Shown piece by piece: positions 57,905 through 64,000 of a DNA stretch of 64,000 bases. The stretch is from Lama glama (taxonomy: Eukaryota), in NCBI GenBank assembly GCA_028534125.1, contig CM052847.1:22754001-22818000 (forward strand), given 5' to 3'. The position numbers were made by a program, and so were the translations under genes. Positions within the stretch are counted from its first letter, which is position 1. The number at the start of each line of letters is the position of its first letter. The notes beneath the pieces were generated by a model, which ran no database searches, was not told where the DNA came from, and worked only from the letters and a program-made list of their open reading frames with translations.

Positions 57905-60900
57905 CACAGTCTGGGTCCCACCTGTCAGTCACCAGCAAGACCAAGGGCGAGGGTCCAAGACCTCTCTTCTTGGTCGTGAAGCAGGGCTGGCGACCTTGAC
58001 CCCACAGATGATTTGGAGGCACACGGAACGCACTGGGGGCTCCTGGCCTCCCTTCTCCGCTGGATAACTCTCCAGTTATCTTGAAAGGTTTTACGACCCT
58101 GCAGGTCCCTGAAGACCCACCCGCCGGCCCTTCTCCTCCTCTGGCAGTGGAGGTACACACGCCACCCAACAGCGGCCTGTTTCCAACACTGGCCGGTCAG
58201 ACTCGGTGGACGACCGAGTCCAGGGATGTTCATCGGACCCCAACGGGTCCCCCTGGATCCAAGGGTCACCCAGGATTGTGGGTGACGCCTCTCACTGTTG
58301 GTCTTTTGGTTTGGCCAGTAAATCAGATGACTGCAGAGTTTTAGAAACCCTAACCTAGCCCCTTCTTTTATAGAAATGACCCCCAGACCGTGTGGAAGCT
58401 CCAGTCTTGCGCGAGTCCAGGCTGGTGGGGGGAGGTTGGAGACGGGTCCCGACGCCGCTTCAGAGGGGCCCTCCCACCAGCGGGAGGGGCTGTCAGTGAC
58501 TCTGCAGTGAGAAAAGCGTGAACTGACTTTGTCTTCGGTGTGGCTTTCATTCCTCTTCCTGGAAGTGCCTTTTCCCCCAGCTTTACCCCCTGGTGCTGCC
58601 CGGCTCTGGACAGACAGTGACGGACCCTGGGCTTTGGTGCCGTGCAGACCACGTGCACTGCACCTTCTCCGTCCCCCCGAGATCCATCATCTAAGACCCA
58701 GATTTTGACCCAGGCTGAGAACACAGCCAACTGAAATCTTGTGTTTGCAGAAACACCCCCATCCCCACCCCCACAGTCCTTCTCCGAAGCTAACCCTGCT
58801 GCCGAGAGAAGACATGGACCCAACCGAGTCTGTGGCAGGGCGGAGACGCCTTCTCGACCGCACCTTCTGCTGACCTGACCCTGGAAGAGCAGGTCACGGT
58901 CCTCGGGGAGCCAACAGAGCCACCATGTGCTCCCCTACAGTTTGTGAAGATGCCCACCTGCTTTGATGATGAAAGAGATTAAAAACAGACACCACCAAAC
59001 AAAGCAAAAGTATCAACCAGTCCAGGGCAGAGTGGATTTGTGCCAAGCTGAAAATTCTCCAGGTCAGCCCTTTCGCTGAGACAGAGGGCTTTCCCAGCGT
59101 CAGAGATGAGTGGTTTCTGTGGGCACGGGATGTCCTGGTCCTTCTGAGACAGATGGCGTGTCGTCTATGACAGGTACCCACCTACCAGAGATCACGGGCA
59201 GCATTTACAAAGTGTCCGAAGACACAGAGGTCTGGGATGGCCCCTTTGATGTGACTCGTGCCCAAGTCGGAGCTGTTCCTGCAGCCCCACGTCTGTGCAG
59301 GACCTGGTCTCTGAGACAGCAGGGACGTCTGTAGCCAAGCAGAAAGGGAACAGGTCGTACGTGTGATTGTTCTGCGGCCCCAGACAGGCGGAGAATCAAA
59401 TTGGTCTGGAATCCAATCAGCGTCAACCAGAAAACCGCCTGTCCTGCAGCGCTGCTTCCTGGGCCCAAACGTCGGCTCTCGCGGTCGGTCACCTCCCTGC
59501 CACCCTGTGCCCTCTAACTCTTAGGCCTGGGGGGAGGGAGCCGCCCCAGAGGAGGGGGCTGTCCCCCGCGCAAGTCCGAGGACCCACGCTCAGGGAGGCC
59601 GTCCTGGACGGGAAATCCATGCCTTGTTCTAGTCAGCGCTTCCGATGAAGAATGGAACCTGGTTTTCTCGTTTCAGCATTTTCCCGGGGGGGGGGTAGAA
59701 GGAGGGCATGGCTAAAACCGCACATTTTATTTGACAGAGATCTGAAGGGGAGAATTGGAAATGGGGAAAGAATGATAAAAAATGAAGTTAATCTGCAGAG
59801 TAGTTATTAGGGACCAGAAGCAGTGAACTGGGAACGGTTGGTTGGAACCGCAGCACAAGATAGCTAAACTTTTGGTGGATTGAATTGAAATATGTAAGGC
59901 TGAACTTCCGAAGTCGCGTTTGACAAAGCCCTCACCAGCCAGCATGACCGGAGGGAGAAACGCCTGCCACAGGTCTGTGCTCTTCCTGCTCTTGATGAAC
60001 TGCCCGTTCAGTTTGGGGACGTGTTTCTTCCTCAACGTCTCTTCCCCCTGGACTTGCTTCAGCGAGTGTTTCTCATTTGAAATAGGTGCTCTTGTTTCAG
60101 GACATCGTAACTCACACCAGCGATTCCTGCTCACGTTGCGAAGTCCCACAGCTGGATTCAGCAACAACAGAGCCCCGTGCCAGGAACCCCAAGGCAGAGC
60201 GAGCGCCAGGCCGGCCCACGGCGCTGCCTGTGCAGCCGAGGGACCCGAAGACGGGCCCGGGTGGGTGCCTCGAGGAGACACCACGATTATGCAGCTCTGA
60301 GAACAGGGCCGCCCCTCTTGTAGTCCGACCAGTTATCTTGAAAGGTTTACGACTCACGCTCTGAACTTCTCAGAGCATTTGAAACGATGACATCAACAAG
60401 GTGAGACAGTGCGGATCACTGGAACGACTTCGACAAAAGGAAGGGTGTCAGATTCGGTTCTAACCCTGGCGCCCCACAGCCAGGGCTGGGGTGGGCCGTG
60501 AGCCTCTGCCCCAGTGCACAGAGGAGCTGGACCGCCCAGCGGCACGCCCGGCACTCAGCCAGCCCCCAGTGCAGCCACGACAGGGCCAGGTCTGCGCATC
60601 CTTCAGCTGCGCCGTCAGAGTCGCTCCTGAGTGAAAACCACCCTCAGCGTTTTGTCTTCCCCGATTCTTGGGTATTTGCCCAAGGACTGGGATTTATTTT
60701 GCAAAAAAGCACACACACCCCTACACCACGTGCTCACAAACACGGACTGTGTGAATCTGCTTTTTCTCTCTCCCAGTAATTAACTGACTTTGTAAAGTCG
60801 ATTCCTGATTGTAGATAAAACTCACAAAGCAGATCTTTAAATAAAAGACAGGGGGAAACGTCTTGGATTCGTCCTGAAACTACCCAGCTCCTTAGTCTCC

Positions 60901-63676
60901 CGCCTGCCGACTCCTGTGTCCTGAGTCGCGCTCGGCTGCCAGGCTGCTGCCCTGTCTCTGCGGCGGGTTGGGGGGGCCACAGTGCAGAGGTGGGTGCTGC
61001 CGCCCACCGCAAAGGCCACCGCCCCTGAGAACGGGTGATGGAGACCGGGAGTAACGAGCTGGAACTTCCCGAAAGTAATTCTTCGCAGCACGAAGGACAA
61101 GAATAAAACTCTGCCTGACACGGAGAACCCTCCGTGGACTGAGAAAGTGTAATTTTTCCTGCAGAGAACCCTTGTGGTCTTCTGAGGGCGAGCAGGCGAT
61201 AGGAAATGTCTTCTCCACGAGGAATTCCTCGTAATTCATAAGCAGCTGACCCTAAATGCAGTTGCAAAGGTCATTCTTACTTTATAACGAGAAGAAATAT
61301 CTAAGGAACTTTCAAACCCTTCATTTTCCTTCCCCAGCCGTGCAGTAGCCATACATCATGATATAGACTCACCTGCCTTTCTACGCGGGGATATCCACTT
61401 AATAAATATTCGGGGTGGGGGTGGGGCGGGTTCCCACGACGTATCCCACGGAGAATCTGAAGGGACAGAGTGATGTGCAAGAGTCCAGTGCAACCTTTAA
61501 ACGTGCAGCGCACTGAACGGGCACCAGGTACTCAGGACGTGAAGAAGCAAGGGTGACCACGACAGAACTCATTCAGGAAGTCACTGTGAGCGCGAGGCAG
61601 ACACAGTGACGAGGCTACGGCCTTGGTGGAGGAGTCTCGTCTGAGTAGCAGTGAGTGACATTTAAATGCCTTACGGAACCCTACTGTTTGGCGGCCCCCT
61701 GCTGTGAATTCTTCGGTAAAGCAAAGAATAAATTTAAAATGAACTGGGGCTGAATTTATGCATTCCGTAAATTTGAATGATTGCATATTGGAGTTTCTTA
61801 AAATGGGTGACACATTTAGAAATCACTGGCTTTTACAACCAAGCTGTTTTTGAACAAGAGCTAATTGTGTTTACGTTTGTTACGAAGATGCGCGGAAACG
61901 GGCTATGAGTGGTCACATTAGCCACAGCAGCCAAATGTGAGGACCCACTTAGCACTGTTCAAATCCAAATTCCGTGCTGGGGGACGTGGAAGCCAGTCTA
62001 TCTGTGATGCAGGCATCACTCTCTCTTGCATGCACTGAGCAGGATAAAGGGGCCAGGAGCCAGTTGCCAAGACAGCGAGATCATCAGGGAGGGCATATTC
62101 TGCTTTGACGACTTTTGAAACCCAAGAAAAGCGACAGAGAATTTCCTGCTTAGGCTGGAGTGTATTTATTCTGACTTACGACATGTCAGGATGCTTCTTA
62201 AGGTTCAGGAAGGGCGTACACAACTGCAGTGTGTCCAGAGCTCCACGCAGCTCGCAGACAGCAGGTCTCCTGGCAGGGAGACTGGTTTCCATGTGTCCAT
62301 CCATCCGTGCGTCCGTCGGTCCATTCCTCCGTCATTTTGCAAATATTCAACGAGCAGTGCTCTGCCCTGGGGAACGTGTCTGGTGCTGGGAATGCACAGA
62401 CGTGTGTCAGGTAAGCCCCAACCCTTGAGAACTGCCTGCAGCTGGCCTTGGGTTTCCCAGGCTTGGCCCAGTAACTCCGTGGGGAGGGCTGCCTGGGACC
62501 ACGCTTGCAGCCCAGATCCCGGGCCCTGAGCCTCGCACCAGATCAGACTGCCTCAGGCCACGTTTTTATCAAGTAACTGGACAATTCTCAGTCACGCTAA
62601 GATTTCAGAATTAAACTCGGGGGAGGGTTTAGACGGGAGGAGATAATCGCATCACCCCTCCTGTGCTGCCGCAGCGATGCGTGCAGGGTTTCAGAAGCCT
62701 GAGGAGGCAGGGCACCCCGGATCCCGCCAGGAAGGACCGCGCGCAGGGAGGGCGCAGCTTTCCTGCTACAGAGGAGCCGCGCGGAGAAGTCCCACGTACC
62801 CCGCGGAAAAGCCAATGGTGAGACAAGAAGTTCTCGCCAACTCTAGACGACGTTTGGCTTGGTGAAAGGGAAGCTTCAGAATCACAGAAGATAGCCCACC
62901 TTGAGCTCTTAAAGAGTCACCTATTACGGCTGCAAACTTTAGTAAAACAGCCCACGTGGCGGTAACCAGATGGGCAGGTACGAGTTAAAACCGTGCCTTT
63001 GTGTACGTACACATGTGTGACATGCAAGCTGTCGCATGTGCGCAGGCGCGGGCACGTGTACTGACCCTCCTCGGGAAGCGCAGACGATTGGCCCTCGGGG
63101 CTCACGTGCCGCCTTTGGACTCCTGCCCCCAGCACTGATGCCGTCCCAGCAAGCAAGGCATTTGCTAAAATATTTTCAAATGCATTTGGCCCCAGAGAAG
63201 CCTGATCGCTTTCTTACTACATGTCATGAATTTATGGGTCAATAAGAAACTGAAAGTAACCCACTCGCTGGAGATCCACTCAACTCCTGCTGTAGCACCC
63301 CAGCCCCCCAGAATGTCTCCCGCTCACGGTCGGCGCAGGAGGGCTGAACAGGGGAGGGTCAGGCTGGTCGGGGCGCCACCATCCAGAGAGGACAGGCACG
63401 GTCCCCAGAGGTAACGTCGTGATGCGTCCCGCCTAGTCCCCGCTTGTCACAGTGACCTGCGTCAGAACGCTTCCGTTACGAGGTGGGTCTGTGCTTGTAA
63501 AGACCTCTGGTGCTGGAGGTCCCTTCTCTCGTCCCACCCAGCTGGGGGCGGAGGCGGCAGGCAGGGCTTCAGGGGTTGGGCTGCCTCGATGCTCCCTCGA
63601 ATGTGCAGTCTCGGCAGCACTTGGGGTCAGCGTGATGGCGCAGACACAGGGTGCCAACCTCTGACCGCATCTGCTT

Positions 63677-64000
63677 CCTTTTATTCTTTGTTGAACTGCA
63701 GGCGATTCAGTGTGTGTGGCTTCTGGTGTACGGCACAGTGGTTCAGTCATATACATGTCTGCGTATTCTTTTTCATTACAGCTGTTACAAGGCACTGAAT
63801 ACCGTTCCCTGTGCTCCACGGCAGGGCCTTGCTGTGCGTCTACTTTATGTACAGTAGTTTGTGTCTGCAAATCCCGGACTTCCAGTTTATCCCTTCACCC
63901 CCTTCCCTGTTGGTAATCACAAGTTTGTTTTCTGTGTCTGTGAGTCTGTCTGCTTTGTGGATGGGTTCATCTGCATCCATTTGGGAAGGGTGTCTCACAT
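63677..64000 (-). mobile_element. Cetartiodactyl-type L1 3' end, same family as 33568-33925
   Basis: Colinear with the 33.6-kb copy: ttctggtgtacggc, ctgaataccgttccctgtgct, cagggccttgctg, aagtttgttttctgtgtctgtgagtctg. Confidence 0.8.

Noticed and set aside
46505-64000. ADARB2 exon 4 and deaminase-domain exons
   Set aside because: No FADS.SQLV.QKF or CHAE-type peptide was found. These exons lie beyond the window.

Overview
Mammalian, GC- and CpG-rich genomic DNA, almost certainly camelid: two tRNA-derived Vic-1-type SINEs are present, one with the characteristic GGGGG-AG..AAT..AGGTT..ATTTATTTT tail. The window lies inside ADARB2 (ADAR3, the brain-expressed, catalytically inactive ADAR), transcribed on the + strand. 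It holds the end of the long intron 1, the 87-nt coding exon 2 (39757-39843, missed by the ORF track), a 5.8-kb intron 2, the 875-nt coding exon 3 (45630-46504; basic NLS plus both dsRNA-binding domains) and the start of intron 3. The R-domain exon 1 and the deaminase exons are not in the window. The rest is intron, with decayed L1, L2, MIR, MaLR/ERV LTRs, a MER53 split by an L1, SINEs, minisatellites and microsatellites. Nearly all other ORFs in the track are GC-content or repeat artefacts. I see no convincing new multi-gene system. The best leads are: (i) an antisense solo LTR with TATA, 2 octamers and 5 CCAAT boxes, joined to a CpG island with a 10-bp-phased ETS/G4 array about 3.3 kb upstream of exon 2; (ii) a GTAAGC donor-like site 5 nt inside exon 2 and an AG|GT junction at exon 3, suggesting re-splicing; (iii) an unexplained 25-26 bp dispersed duplication in intron 3; (iv) two CACCTG-based minisatellites; (v) GC-shifted old repeats suggesting biased gene conversion. 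Repeat family names and comparisons with human come from recall, not from database searches.
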